Below the pieces are notes generated by a model. It made no database searches, was not told the origin of the DNA, and saw only the letters and a list, made by a program, of their open reading frames with translations. A DNA stretch of 63,998 bases, the filler included, from Ionaspis alba (Eukaryota): NCBI GenBank assembly GCA_964255285.1. It is 9 parts of 9 records of this genome, joined end to end, with 100 filler letters (N's around TTAATTAATTAA, not from the genome) between each part and the next. Parts side by side here need not be neighbours in the genome. Positions count along the whole stretch, not along the records: positions 7,336 to 14,565 come from CAXUUL010000845.1; positions 14,666 to 21,856 come from CAXUUL010000846.1; positions 21,957 to 29,145 come from CAXUUL010000847.1; 6 more parts are not named here. One strand, written 5' to 3'. The position numbers and the translations under genes are program-made. Of this stretch, positions 14,101 to 27,010 are shown one piece after another (the stretch's first letter is position 1; every line of letters starts with the position of its first letter).

Positions 14101-14565
14101 GAAGACCAAGACTTCTTACCATCTCGCTCCCCTCGTTCGCCGAGTTTCGATTTTGATGCATTTGACGAAGACTCTCCAGCCAGCCAACGACGTCGCACAT
14201 CCAGTTTCACACCACCTCGGGACGAATCAGCCCTCGATACAGGTCACACCACTCCCCTCGAAGTCTCCACCAACTCCTCTCCCGCAGCCACAAAACTTGC
14301 AACCCCAACTCGCTCTGCCCGCCCCCGTAAAGAGTCGGTAGCAAAAGCCAAGTTCGTCCTCGAGAACATCCACCAACAACGTAGCACCCTCGACCCACCT
14401 CTCACCGATGTCAAGACCCCACAAAAGAAACTCCCCTTCGACACCACGTCCCTACGCGACCTCGTCACCCGCGCTGGCGTTGTCACCCGCGCTCTCAAGG
14501 AAATTGTCCGAAGAGCCGAAAACGTCGACAACAGCATTTTCCCTCCAACCCCTGAACAGCCCCGC
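11125..14565 (+). CDS. Large Ser/Pro/Arg-rich hypothetical fungal protein (3' end truncated at scaffold end)
   Basis: The ORF exceeds 1000 aa. Probable exon 1 is 11125-11142 (MEVVPS), then intron GTTTGT...TCTAAC...TACAG ending at 11313, then in-frame LCATGTLGVAALGYAFGR. Ordered-looking blocks include EDWDSDFEF, ERQASVHGQFGQVKELTLLVEELK and LPFDTTSLRDLV. Confidence 0.8.
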
Positions 14566-14665
14566 NNNNNNNNNNNNNNNNNNNNNNNNNNNNNNNNNNN
14601 NNNNNNNNNTTAATTAATTAANNNNNNNNNNNNNNNNNNNNNNNNNNNNNNNNNNNNNNNNNNNN

Positions 14666-15631
14666 GATTGGGAAGACTTGCGGCGCTGGATTGTGGGGCG
14701 CCGCTTGGATGATGTAGAGCTGGCGACGAAGGAGGGTTTTTTCTTGGTGGTGGGTTTGCTTGTTGAGCCGGATTTGGCTTGTGAAGGGGAAGAGTTGGGG
14801 GATTGAGAGGTTGAATTGGGAGGAGCATCATCGTCGTGGGACTCGAGTTCGGTGGATTTGGGTAGGGAGACGGTTTCGATTGAGGGGAAGCCTTCTTCGT
14901 CGTTGTCGAGTCTGGATCGGGCCGAGGTTGAGAGGGGGTCGTCGTCGTCGGGATCCCGCTTGCTTGTTTTCCATGTGGGTGTTAGTATCCTTGCGGTTTT
15001 GGACTGTTGGTTTGATGACTCGGTCCTCGGCTTTTTGAGAATGGGAGGTGGACGAGATGATCCTCTTCGTCGGCCTTTCTCTTCTTCTATCGATGGCGGT
15101 TGGGGTAGTCCATCTCCGAGGTTCTCGTTGCGGATGACGGCTTTGCCCTTATTGGCTCGTGAAGACGTCGCCGCTGCTGCATTACCTTCCTCAGCTTCTG
15201 CTAGATGTTCGAGCTGTGCTGCTGATAGGTTTTGATCTCCGCTGATACTGCCCCTCAATCCTGTGATGAGCCGACTCGACCGCGGAGATGCTGTGGGTGT
15301 TGTTCGGATGATGCCTCCTTCGGATATTCTGCTGAATATCTGGGCAACCTGACTGCCACGGATGTTGTCCCGAATTCGCCCGTTGCTCCATATTCGCCAG
15401 AAGAAATTCTCGAGTCTTCGACCGACATCATTGGCAAGGAGGTTTCGATTGGTCGTGTAGACTGAGATAGAACTGTGAGCTCCAGGTAGATGATACAATC
15501 GTTCAGTGAGACAGAAGTATACCTCTCCATAATTGTGTGATGTCTTCAACCGCAACATGGTCCACCCGCTCAATCTCCTCAGTAATGCCTTCACTATTAG
15601 TTACCAGGCCTTCAGGAAGTCCTTCTGCCAT
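14666..15631 (-). CDS. DUF1752 (AreA N-terminal-like, PF08550) domain protein, 3' truncated
   Basis: The spliced N-terminus reads MAEGLPEGLVTNSEGITEEIERVDHVAVEDITQLWR|VYTTNRNLLANDVGRRLENFFWRIWS, containing the RLEN..WR motif. It is followed by low-complexity sequence including PPPILKK. Confidence 0.8.
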
Positions 15632-16200
15632 GTCTAACATATTACCACTCACGATGCGAGCGCAGATACATTTGCTAAGTAATGAACATCTTCAACATTT
15701 GCCCCAAGCAACCGGTTTTGAGGCCGTGACTATGACGATATCCTGAACGATCGAGATTGACTTCCCACCGAGCGAGTCACGGTATATTTATTTACTTTTT
15801 GCCCTTGACGGCCACTACGACAAGCGCAAAAGCCTAAAGTTGCTTCCTTCCCTGCAGCTGGAAAACGTGGGTAGATTCTGGACAATCAGGGACATTTGAA
15901 GATCAGCAGCAAAAAAAAAAAGAAAGGGCCCAGGCTAGGATGTTTCACAAAGACATCAAGGTTGGGGAAGGATTGAACAAAGGGGGGTTGGTGGGGAAGG
16001 GAATGCAACGAGTTTTGTGGAGAGTGAAAGAAAGCTACGATCCTTTTGTTGACGTAGGTGATCAGAAAAGCATGGCAGGAAGGAAAGGGAGGAAGGTAGG
16101 AAGACAAGGCGAGGCAAAGAAAACAAGTCACTCGTGCATAGGTCTGTGAGGGATATGGAGAGTCGAGAAGCACAGCAGCCGCAAGCAGTAGCCAGCAGCT

Positions 16201-16235
16201 TTTACCATTTACCATTTGCCATTTGCCATTTACCA
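16201..16235. repeat. Short tandem 7-mer array (TTT[A/G]CCA)x5
   Basis: The sequence reads tttacca tttacca tttgcca tttgcca tttacca. Confidence 0.85.
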
Positions 16236-18287
16236 GGGGTGTGTGGGTTTGGGGCTCTCCGAGTCCGCGGTCATGGTCAGGTGGTGTATGGACCTGACGG
16301 GCTGTCATGGATCAGCCGCGAATGAAGTGTCGCGCAAGGAAGCGTGGGTGGATGGGGAGCCTGTCACGCCGGTGAACTTGATGGGCAAAGCCAGGGTGCA
16401 GCTGTTGTTTGCCGGGAAGCAAAAAAGCTGATCGTCAGGCCTCTCTGCGCGCAGGCTGCGCATGTGCCCTCCAGGGAAAAAAGAACAAGGACCGGAAGGA
16501 GAAAGGGCAAAAAGGAACTCCAGGTGTGTTCTAGCTGGTCGGACAAGGCAGAAACCCCTTGCATGATGGGGGGACCCTGTAGCGCTGGCTTTAGAAGGCT
16601 TCGAAGGTTCCATTGGTGGGCTGCCCGCTATTTTGGGGGCGTCCCCTGCCAAAGTCGCATGGACGGCACTGGTGAAAGGCAGAGAGATGGCAGAGTGTGT
16701 GTGATGGAGGCATATCCAGTAGAGAGAGAAAAACGTGCGAGTCCGTGCCGGTAAGATGCTTATGCGGTAGGTGGCACTGCAGCCTACCGTATCCGGGTCC
16801 TGGTCTGGGGAGGAGTGAATGTGACCGATTTGCTACTGGGAGTCTAGTCGTTGTCGTCGTCTTCTTGCGACTCCTTCGGTAAGATTGATAGGATATGGCC
16901 GAGAAAATGCGAGATTGTGATAGCGGTCGGGCCCGTCATACCGGAGACGGACAGCAAAAAGGGTAGAGGAAGTTGCGTGAGGATGGACCGATGCCAGAAT
17001 CATTGGACAGGTCAAAGATCGAGGGATTATCCTACTTTTGCTACTCTACGGAGTCTCCTCATGGGCGGATGTGAGGTCGTTCAACGGAAGAATCTCGAGT
17101 TTCGAGGTTCGAGGTGTTGCACGACAGGATGAAAAATGTCGCACGTGGCTTGCCGCTCGGTGTGGGAGTGCCCCGGTTTACGGGACGTTTGGGTAGCAAG
17201 CATACATCCCTCCTGCCATCCATCACGAGACTGCACTCGCTTTTTGGGCCATTTGCTTTTTTTCTTTTCGCTTTGCCTTGCCACCATGGCGGTCAACGTC
17301 TGACCTCCTGATGTTGGTTGCAGCTCTCGGAGCTCGAAGCATTGGAATTCCAAATCCGTAAATTCAAGGGATGCTGACCGGAAAGCATGAGCCAATTATT
17401 ATTTCTTGCCACCCGCCTTTCTCTACCATCTCGCCACCAATCTCAGACATCGCCGTAGTTCTCGAGATGAGTTTTCTACCTATCGTCGAAGGATTCCAAG
17501 AATAATAATCAGCCGTGGGCACGTCCCGTCCCGTCACAGCGGGACGCAGCGATCATCGCTGCGTGAGCAGGATTGATAATGATGTAACCTCCACCCATCG
17601 AATCTCGGTTTCAACATGCTGTCCTTCAACGATTATTTCCTCCGACGGTAATCATAACCAGCAGTGCCTGTCCATGAAACATGTGTAGATCCAAGTGACG
17701 CTGCGGCAGCGGCCCTATGATATCGAAGGACCGTTTTCTGACCGGGGGACAATTTTCCAAGGAACGGAATACCTTTAATGATTACTTTAGCTGGGAATCC
17801 TCCTGGCGGCAATCGGGCCCTGAAGATCGGGTGGATGAGCTAACCCCTGTAATTCTTACGTTTTGCGGACTTTTGAATCGTACCGGATGTGTGAGCTGGA
17901 ACTGGGAATGATCCTTAAGCATGATATCGCCACGAATCCAAGGGACGACGCAGCTGAGACAAACGAATAGGTGCTTCCAGGCCTTGCCCTTGGCAGCCAG
18001 TCAGATCGGGGATGACATGGAGGCAAGCATGGAATTTGTATTATGCTGGCCAGACAATTCGATGTGTACATCGATCGAACATCTTACAAGCACAAAGGCC
18101 AGGAATCCATAGTAAACAATATATTTCAGCACCTCCCAGACCTATATACCCGAATCGAACCAATCCAGAACTCCGATATCCATCAAAGCGAATTCAGCCA
18201 ATCCAACCAGCATCCAGCTAGTCCTCGCTTGTACAAGCCACACGACTAGTCCTTCACAGCCCTCTCCCTCCTCCTCCTACAAAACCC

Positions 18288-19635
18288 CTAAGTAACAGTA
18301 TACCCCCCATCAACCCTCAAATCCGCCCCAGTAATATACCCCGCCGACTCCGACAACAAGAACGTCACCGGCCCCATCAAATCCTCCGGATGTCCCATAT
18401 GCCCCTGCGGAATCAGCGACGTCCACTGCTTCTGCAAATCCGGATTATCATCCATAATCTTCTTCGTCCTACACCCTCAAAATTAGCCCANNNNNNNNNN
18501 NNNNNNNNNNNNNNNNNNNNNNNNNNNNNNNNNNNNNNNNNNNNNNNNNNNNNNNNNNNNNNNNNNNNNNNNNNNNNNNNNNNNNNNNNNCGCAGCGCAG
18601 AAAGGGAACTTACAGTGCCGTGAGCATATACCCCGGACTAATACAATTAACCCTAATACCCGCATGGGCCCACTCGACCGCCAAACTCGCCGCCAGATGC
18701 CTAACCGCCGCTTTCGCGGCATTATAAGGCGCCTGTGGCTGGGGCACGTTGACGACGGCCCCGGACATGGACCCGATCATGACGATGCTGCCAGGGGCTT
18801 TGCGCTCCATGAGGTGGCGCGCCACGCCCACGGCGAAGAGATAGGTGCCGTCGACGTTGACGCCCCAGAGTTTTTTCATCCGGTCGTAGGGGTAGGAGAT
18901 GGCGTCGTAGTTTTCGGTGAAGCCGGCCGAGGTGATGAGGTTGTCGATTTTGCCGTGTGAGGCGAGGATTTCGGCGATGGCGCTGTTGACGGAGGTGGGG
19001 TTTGAGACGTCGGCGTAGTGGGCGGTTACTTTGGGGGTTCTGGAGGTTGATTAGTGGAGGAGTTGGGATGGGAGGGAAGGTGGGGGGCAAGAATACTTCT
19101 CGGCGCCGGGGTTTTCTTGGACAAAGTGCTTCACTAGATCTTTTGCTTGGCGCTCGCCTTCTTCCTCTGCAGAAAGCTATGAGCACACTTGCCAATTAAG
19201 GTGGCAATAGGTAGACGTACTGTTCAGGTCGACAATGGCTACATCTGCGCCACTGACTACCAATGCCTGGGACATGACCAGTCCTAATCCTCTCGCTCCA
19301 CCGGTTACCACACCAACATTGCCTTCCAGTGAGAAGGAAGCCAGCGTTCTTCTGAAGTGCATTCCGCCTCTGCCCTGAACGGGCTTACTTCTGGGCAATT
19401 CGCCTTCTTCTGGGTATTCGACACGGACATCTTTATCCGTACGAGCAAAAGAGCCTTGGTGCTCTGGATCAGTCTGGTTGCCCGTACGCTTGTCCTCTTT
19501 GTACAACTTCGTCGAACAGGTCAATGGACGACGAATGTGTATTGGCTTGTAAGTGATGGTGATCTGAGAGGTGGTGCGAGGGGTGGAGGATGTGATGAGG
19601 CGAGAAGTCTGGCGGAATGCTCGGAAGCCAATCAT
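18288..19635 (-). CDS. Short-chain dehydrogenase/reductase, D-arabinitol 2-dehydrogenase-like, with mitochondrial-type presequence
   Basis: It has the TGGARGLG cofactor motif, SMSG...PQPQAPYNAAK (YxxxK), VNCISPGY and C-terminal GADLRVDGGYTVT. The N-terminus MIGFRAFRQTSRL is Arg/Ser/Thr-rich. Several introns are present, and one spans a 100-N gap. Confidence 0.88.
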
Positions 19636-20918
19636 TGTGGAAAGGTGAATGGTGGTATAATATTGATGGGTCAATGTGGTATTGTAGACAGGAAGTCGAA
19701 GTGGCAGTTAAGGTGGCGGTTAATGTTGTGAGGTGTTTGAGAAGTTAGGAGCCTTTCTGGCGGTTCCCGTTCTCAGGGCTCAAAGTGTTGATCTATTAGC
19801 GGCGGGCTGTCAGCACAGCTGAGTAGATTGAGTTGAGCATGAAGCAACAATTTAGGACTGCAAATGTGAACAAGTGAATCGGTGACTTACTTCGTATGGT
19901 AGAATTATGTATGGGAGGTTAGGTTCTTCAATTGTTCAGAGTTCTCGAGTCGTAACGCCCCCTCAATGCAACTGTTGAGAAAACCCCGTGCCACGATGAT
20001 GTGGTGTGCAACGGAGCTTTACCTCCGGTGCATCCACAAAGCTCCAATTCTTTGGGATCTGCATGCAGCTCAGGGTCATAGCTCCCCGCTAAGATGTGCT
20101 GTATCTGGAACNNNNNNNNNNNNNNNNNNNNNNNNNNNNNNNNNNNNNNNNNNNNNNNNNNNNNNNNNNNNNNNNNNNNNNNNNNNNNNNNNNNNNNNNN
20201 NNNNNNNNNNNAAGATGTTTGTCTGCTGCATAAGGTTTTGCACACCTCCAGCACTTTCTGGCACCACATCAGATCAGGAACAGAGAAGCATCTTCAAGAT
20301 GCCAGTAAGATAGCACACCAGGTTCACGACATACTCGCAGTAGCTATAAGCAACAGTATTAAGCATCAATTGGAAGCCTAGGCATCGCATAAGAGCTCGA
20401 GAACCACGCATGTTAAACTCTCATGATCAACAAGGTAGCACTGGCTAACAAAGGAAGGTAGACTAATTGGGATCGGAGAAACACAGTAGCATATTGATGC
20501 CCTCGTAGTATTCCTCATCTTGTAATTGGAAGCAGTTGGGTTGATCCCATAGAAGACTAATACCAATAGCAGGGTATTAACAAAATGGTTGCGAGTCCAT
20601 AGGTTGGTTTAGAATGTTGATATTCATACTGTCCATCAACTTGATATGCTGATGGTGGGTCTCTATCGTTCTCGTGAGTCCATACCTTCTAGAGGAGACA
20701 TTGTCAGTATGCTAATCTTAACGTGACATGAGCCTTGCCGTACCCAGAATGACACACTCTCTTATGAAAGGGCTGTAATCCACCACAAGCTCTGCTAAGA
20801 GCTGAGCTTCTTCGATGTCCCTGAGACTCGTGAGGAAATCTAATCACAAGCCAGGCACTCTGTTCTTGTTTTTCTGTCGCTGAAGATAAAGCGAAATTGG
20901 CGATCCAGTGATGTTGCT

Positions 20919-21788
20919 TCAGGAATTCCTGCGGTGTCTGTGCTCGCGTCGAGGACTTCGTTCTCTGTCTCGACCATGTCTGTCCTCCTCTCTTCGCGAT
21001 CGATGCCTATCCTCGTCTCTGTTTCTCCACTCCTCTCTTGGCGGTTCATGACCGCCCTCCTCTTTGCCATCATGGTCCCCTCGCCGAGAGCGATGTCGAT
21101 GGTGATGATGATGCTTGGACTTAGTGCCATCCGATAATCGTTTGCTCCCCTGCTTCAGCTTTGCCAACGCAGCGGCAACTTCCTCCTTCTTCTCCTGAAC
21201 CAAATATTCCTTCATCGGATCATCCTCGTCGTGGTTGCGGATCAGATCTGCCAGCTCCCGCTCCTCCTCCAACATTGGTCTCTTTTCTTCCTCGGAGCTA
21301 GACCCGCCATCGGCCTTCTTCTTCCCATTGCCCTGGACCCCGTTCATGGGGGCATTCCCTGTCCCTCCGTCCTCCTCTTCATCTTTCCGCTTGTACCGCG
21401 TGTGGTCCACCTTTAGCACTCTTCCCAGAACTGTGGCACCACCAAGATTATCGACCGCTAGGTCCGTACTCCTCTGATCCTCGTACTTCAGAAAAGCGAA
21501 TCCCTTGCTCTTGCCAGTGTCTTTGTCTCGGATGAGATTCACGAAAACGGGTTCCCCAAATTGTGAGAATATCGCGATGACGTCGCCTTCCGTCAGATCA
21601 AATGAGAGTCCGCCTATGTAGATGTAGGCTGTATCACGATAGTCCGCATGCCAGGAGGCTGAGGGAGAGCTGTTGACACGATAAAAATCAGTGGTCTGAA
21701 GAAGCAGGAACTGCGGTCAAACGAAAACTCACACGCCATTTTCTAGCTCCCGCTTATTGAGGGCCTGAATCTCACGGATTGTATTCAT
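20919..21788 (-). CDS. IST3: RES complex / U2 snRNP RRM protein Ist3/Snu17 (RBMX2)
   Basis: The product reads MNTIREIQALNKRELENGV|SPSASWHADYRDTAYIYIGGL...RDKDTGKSKGFAFLKYEDQRSTDLAVDNLGG. It has one intron and an R/E/H-rich tail. Confidence 0.93.
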
Positions 21789-21956
21789 CGTAGGTTTGGA
21801 AGCTCATAAGTGCTTCAAGCTCATACTCGGCGCCATGGTGAGAGTCATGTTGTTGANNNNNNNNNNNNNNNNNNNNNNNNNNNNNNNNNNNNNNNNNNNN
21901 TTAATTAATTAANNNNNNNNNNNNNNNNNNNNNNNNNNNNNNNNNNNNNNNNNNNN

Positions 21957-22384
21957 TAGCATTGCTGAAAGATTGGAGGGAGCGCTTCAAAGGTCTCATC
22001 AAGCGCGAAGACGATAATAGTGCCGGCGCTATACAACATCGAAGCCCTTCGCGAAAGGGTATCGCATCACATCCTGCTGGCAGGCACGAAAATAATAAAG
22101 TCAATGGTACCAAGTCCAGGAAGCGACCGCCAGAGCCGGAAGAGGTAGGCGAGGTTCAGGAGCAGCGAAAGCAGCGGACCGCCAAAGTGGAAATACCCTT
22201 GGAGGCTTTGACTACCACAAGCAGACCAAAAGCCAGAAGCAAGAAGAGGAAGGCGGACCAGGTCTCAGATACGGAAAGTGCTGGAAAGGCACAGACACTT
22301 AAGGCAAAGGACGGCTCAAGTGCAGCGGAACATAGTCGCGGACAGCCTCCTGTCAGGAGAAGTAAGCGTGCAAAGCCTGATTAG
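21957..22384 (+). CDS. 3' end of an unidentified protein with a basic low-complexity tail
   Basis: The frame is open from the scaffold start to the stop at 22384. It is K/R-rich (KSRKRPP, RSKKRKAD, VRRSKRAK), resembling NLS-containing tails. Confidence 0.55.
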
Positions 22385-22794
22385 TTTGTGGAATGGAACT
22401 GTGCAGAGCACCAGTTAACATGGCGCATTGGTACGTTGATACATTCGATAGTGGTGTAAAGACTTACACACAAGAGGTGGGATTGTCAAAGAACCCTAAC
22501 CCCGGTCACGAGCACAAGCTACCTACGAAGACTTGGAAGCTTCCACGATGTACTTATGAAACGAACATGTGTTGAGTGATACTTGTGATGCTCACTTGGA
22601 TTCATCATGAATGATTCACATCCCAGAGCTATCGTGGACGCGGTCTCCAAGTACAGACGACGGAAGTAATTAGTAGAACATTTTCAACAGCGCTATGCTA
22701 ACAGAGCCGAGCAGCGAGTGATATGATGCATCAAGTGGTATCATGCAAAAATCGCTTCAAAAACGCTCCAGAACAAAACCAACCAGTGCACGTC

Positions 22795-23334
22795 TCAAAC
22801 ATTGGCTCGTCCTGTATGCAGCGACTTTCGGTTCCTGTTCTTGAAGAACAGGGCTGCGGCGTAGAGTGTGCTGATGAACCAAAGCAACATGTTGGTCAAG
22901 TCAACCCAGACCGCATTCTTCATCCTCTGAACGCCAGAGTCGCCCTCAGCATTTTCCTTGATGTACATCTTTCCAAACACGCCGAAGACTGCAACCCATA
23001 AAATACTAATCATGCCATTAGCCCAGTTCGCAAGAACATCACCAAAAGCAGATAAGACTTACAAGAGCACGGCATCCCAGCCAAAGGCAATGTGGCTCTT
23101 GACAAAAGGCACCATGTACACCAGAGCCGTCACAGCAGCCAGCGCTGCGACTACCTCAGCAAATACCCATTTCGAGTCTGCGCCGACACCAGCTTTGCGC
23201 GCGTTGTTCAGGTCGGTGCCGTAAAGGCCGCAGACAGTGAGAGCAAGGACGAATTGAAAGAAGCGGATGAAGGTGTGGATGACGAAGAATATGAAACCGC
23301 CTTGGTTGGAGGTGGCGCGTTCTTGCCAGGCCAT
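22795..23334 (-). CDS. MARVEL-domain membrane protein (2 exons)
   Basis: ORFs 23059-23334 and 22795-23013 join through a GTAAGT intron. There are four hydrophobic helices, with motifs RFFQFVLALTVCGLYG, ILWVAVFGVFGKMY and MKNAVWVDL. Confidence 0.85.
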
Positions 23335-24146
23335 CTTGGTGGACGGAGATTGATTGTGAAGAAGCTGAGTGAGTTAGGTGATTGAGATGAAGTTGGGATG
23401 GAGAGAAAGAGATAATGTGATGGCCGGAGAGTATGTCAGAATAATTTTGTGTCTGATGGAGAGTTTGTGGGTATGGTCGAGCTTTTATGAAGAGTTGTTG
23501 GAGAAGTTATATGGGAAAGTTTTTAGTAACGCGAGGGCGACAACGCAGGGATGTTAGACTCTCCTGGAGGTGCTTATGACCAATGACGTAGACGTTGTCG
23601 ATCTTGGAATGCTCGCCGTGAAGCGAGCGCCTTCCTCAGCCAAACTCGGCGCTAATGTATGATTGGATCATAGCAGCTTGAGCCAACATTCGAGACGTTT
23701 GGTTTCGAGAATAGCATTGTGATTGTTTGAAGACACGCTGAAGCGCGGGTTCAGTATGGACTACACATTGAGATGTTCTGTAAGAAAAAGGCTCCTTAAT
23801 CCTTGGTGAAACAGTTTGAATATGCTTGATGTTCTGTTTATCAACTGGTGGGGGGCTCTACAAAAGACCCTGCTAGGCAAAACCATAAGCTGCGTGTAGA
23901 ATCCTTATCCTCCCTTCAGAAATCCATCATTTGCCCAAAGCATTATTGTAGAGGTAATTCTTCGCACTTGGAGGAAGTGACGAGCAGCAGGGTGGTCCCC
24001 GGTAATTTGTACCTGGCCAAAACATTGTCCGGGTTAGTTTTCAAGATCTTGTGGAATCTCAGACCAGAACTCAACATGGTCAGTTGGATGACACCAATAG
24101 ATACGTTCCTAGATCTCGACAGCAGAGAGCTCATAGAGCCACAAAA

Positions 24147-25568
24147 ATGGACACACTCAATCCTTTGATCATCACATTCAACTGCGCACGTCGGCTCGTC
24201 CAGCCGGAAGTCTTCGCCCATCATATCGTCAATTCCCTATCCAGTATCAATCGCCCAGACATTCTCGTGTTCTCCCTTCAGGAGATTGCTCCTATCGCTG
24301 ATGCCTTCATCGGTAGCTCATACCTCGTGGAGTATTTCGATAGGTTGCACCTCACTGCTGACCTGGTAGCTAAGGCATGGGGGATTGGCTATATTAACCT
24401 TGTTACAAGACATGTAGGGATGACTGCTATCATGGCCTTTGTCAGGAAAGATCACTCGGGTCGGATACGATGGATGGAGACAGGAGGTGTTGGAGTTGGA
24501 TTGTACGAGATGGGGAATAAAGGCGCAGTGGGTTTCCGCATTGGATATGCTGTTGACGAAGACACCATAGAGATGACATTCATCGCTGTCCATCTGGCAC
24601 CCATGGAAGATGCATTGGAGCGGAGAAACGAAGATTGGGAGCAGATCGTCAGGCGGCTGGTGTTTACAGCACGGGATAGAAAGGTCCACGGCATATCTAC
24701 GAGAAGAAAGGGGAAACAAACCAGTCCGAGTGAGCCGGGTGGTGAAGAAGAACCTCTCCTGCCTGGACCAGCAGACAACAACACCAAGCCTATATCTGGG
24801 ATCTATACTCCGTCCTCCTACTTGTTCGTAGCCGGAGACTTGAACTACCGGACCTCGTCTACCAAGCCCGTTCCTGCAGATGTGCCACTATATCCTCAAC
24901 CATCCAATATCAACGACCCCAAACACTACTCCAATTTGCTGAGCTCCGATCAGCTGATACCTGAGCTTGAAGCTGGAAGAACCTGTCACGGTCTGACCGA
25001 GCCTGCCATCTCATTTCCACCCACTTACAAATACTCCGACAAAGCACGTGCCGCCCTCAAAGCAGAAGAGCAAAGAATCCAAGCTTCCAACCACGAAAGA
25101 GGTGACTCCGGTGAAGAAAGCACACAAGAGACATGGGGATGGGCTCCCCACCGCTGGCCCAGCTGGTGCGATCGCATCCTCTATCTCGACCTCCCCGAAT
25201 GGATGAAATCCCAGAAGCCGAGCGCCAAGATCCAAGTGCATGAATATAAAGCCCTCCCCTTGATGTCAAGCTCCGACCATCGTGCTGTAGCATTATCGCT
25301 GTCGATACCCTTATTGCCTATTCCGCCGCCAGATGACGAGGTCCCTGCTGATGACGTGCGGATGCACCCACCCTTTGAGATCGACCCTCGCTGGCGAGAA
25401 AAGCGGGCGGCGGCCAGGAGATGGGAGATAGCCGTTGGGATTCTGGCGTACTTGGGCTTGACGTGGGAAGGGAATGGGATAATTCTTGCTATTGTAGTGG
25501 GTGTGTTGGCAGGATGGGGTTTTGTGTCCAGTATGCTAAATGCTAAGCTATCCGACCTTCCGCATTGA
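24147..25568 (+). CDS. Inositol polyphosphate 5-phosphatase (EEP fold) with C-terminal membrane anchor, Inp54-like
   Basis: Motifs are ITFNC, LQEI, MGNKGAVG, HLAP, GDLNYR, PPTYKY, PSWCDRILY and SDHRAV. The C-terminal tail is hydrophobic. ATG is at 24147. Confidence 0.9.
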   Translation: MDTLNPLIITFNCARRLVQPEVFAHHIVNSLSSINRPDILVFSLQEIAPIADAFIGSSYLVEYFDRLHLTADLVAKAWGIGYINLVTRHVGMTAIMAFVRKDHSGRIRWMETGGVGVGLYEMGNKGAVGFRIGYAVDEDTIEMTFIAVHLAPMEDALERRNEDWEQIVRRLVFTARDRKVHGISTRRKGKQTSPSEPGGEEEPLLPGPADNNTKPISGIYTPSSYLFVAGDLNYRTSSTKPVPADVPLYPQPSNINDPKHYSNLLSSDQLIPELEAGRTCHGLTEPAISFPPTYKYSDKARAALKAEEQRIQASNHERGDSGEESTQETWGWAPHRWPSWCDRILYLDLPEWMKSQKPSAKIQVHEYKALPLMSSSDHRAVALSLSIPLLPIPPPDDEVPADDVRMHPPFEIDPRWREKRAAARRWEIAVGILAYLGLTWEGNGIILAIVVGVLAGWGFVSSMLNAKLSDLPH

Positions 25569-26352
25569 AGGCTTAGGGAGGTGCTTTGGTATGCAGTAGT
25601 CATGGTCAATGCAATGTTATGTTGTTCTGATGCATGTTCCGCTCTATGGATATCTTGGTCTTTCCTTGGTGCAAATGCCTAGCGTAGCCTGTTCTAGTGG
25701 CGGAGGCTGTCTCCGACTTTTTTACCTCCCATCATCCGTCATTGTTTACCCTTTGAATCGTACTGCTGGAGCTGCTGTATACTGAACAGAACCTCTGCGA
25801 GATTTACTTAGGGAATCTTAAATGATAAATGTAGGATTTCAGGGGTTAGAATCACGTGGACGCTAGTGTGTATATAATCTGAATCTTCCTTATGATACAA
25901 GCTTAGTCCTCTTGTCCTATACAAGTACGCTTAATGTCAAAAGAGCCATGCGCCTACCTCGATTCTACATCAATAAGTCGCATATGGAAACTGCGGTCCT
26001 GTGATTAAGATATTGAAGTTTGTCCAAACACAATAGAGAAGTAGACTGTGATGGCCTCGCAATAAGTTATCTGTCTGCCGCTTTGGCACCACGAATCTAT
26101 TGGGGCTTGATGAATTTTTATGTGTTTGTTGAGATTACTCTGGCTAGAATTTGTCTTGAAGTTGCAGGGGTTATTATCTTTATTATATCCTCGTGTTGAA
26201 TTTTTTTGTGGTTTTGCACTGAATGTCATCGCATGACGTCTTGTTGTTATATGAGGTATATGACATATTTGTTCACGTACGGAATAGCTCACGCAAATCT
26301 CTCTAGAAATAACTATATTATATCGCCAATTATATCCAATCTGTTCTAGGCA

Positions 26353-27010
26353 ATGGCTACACGAAAGATGTAAGTTGTGACACCCACCTCAGGCATCATG
26401 CCATGTCAGCAGACATTACCAATTTTGCCTATCAAGCCGGTCTAGCACTACATCCTCGAACGACGTCTCCTAGTCTAGATACGGCGTTTGAGGCAGCCAC
26501 ATCCACCACAATAGAGACAACAGAAGCCACAAGCAACAAAGCAACGAAGAGGAAAGCCACCGACTTAGGTGAAGACCAGACTGGTGTCAATACTGTGGTA
26601 TCTTCGAAAGCTGGAGAACCCGTTGGTCAGTCATCCCTATTTTCCTTTGCTTTGGGACCTCATGCACGCCTTGGACATACGTCGGGGAACCAAAGACAGG
26701 CTACAGCCAATGCTACGGCGCTGTTTGACTGGAAACGGCAGTTCAAGGAATGATCACTCCGTTACACAGTGAGACTTGATTAGGCTAGATCTATGATTAT
26801 TGCAAACAGAAAAGCCCGGAAGAAGATGTCAAATGTAGAGGCTGCCAGACTGAACGTCTAATCCAGCTGGAACCACAGTCTCTATATTCTCGATCTTGGA
26901 TCTGCGAATGATGCAACTTAGAAAATCCAGATAGACTCGCCAAATGTTCGGCTTGCCAACTCGAACGCCATCCTACTCCACCTCAGCCTTGGAATATCTA
27001 GATGCGATGT
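26353..27010 (+). pseudogene. Possible degenerate gene fragment
   Basis: There is an ATG followed by a GTAAGT donor and a short protein-like ORF (KATKRKATDL). Downstream frames have many stops in AT-rich flanks. No family was recognised. Confidence 0.2.

Noticed and set aside
22493..22504. CCCTAACCC telomere/telomerase-template-like motif
   Set aside because: It is a single short match in a 3' intergenic region with no supporting structure.
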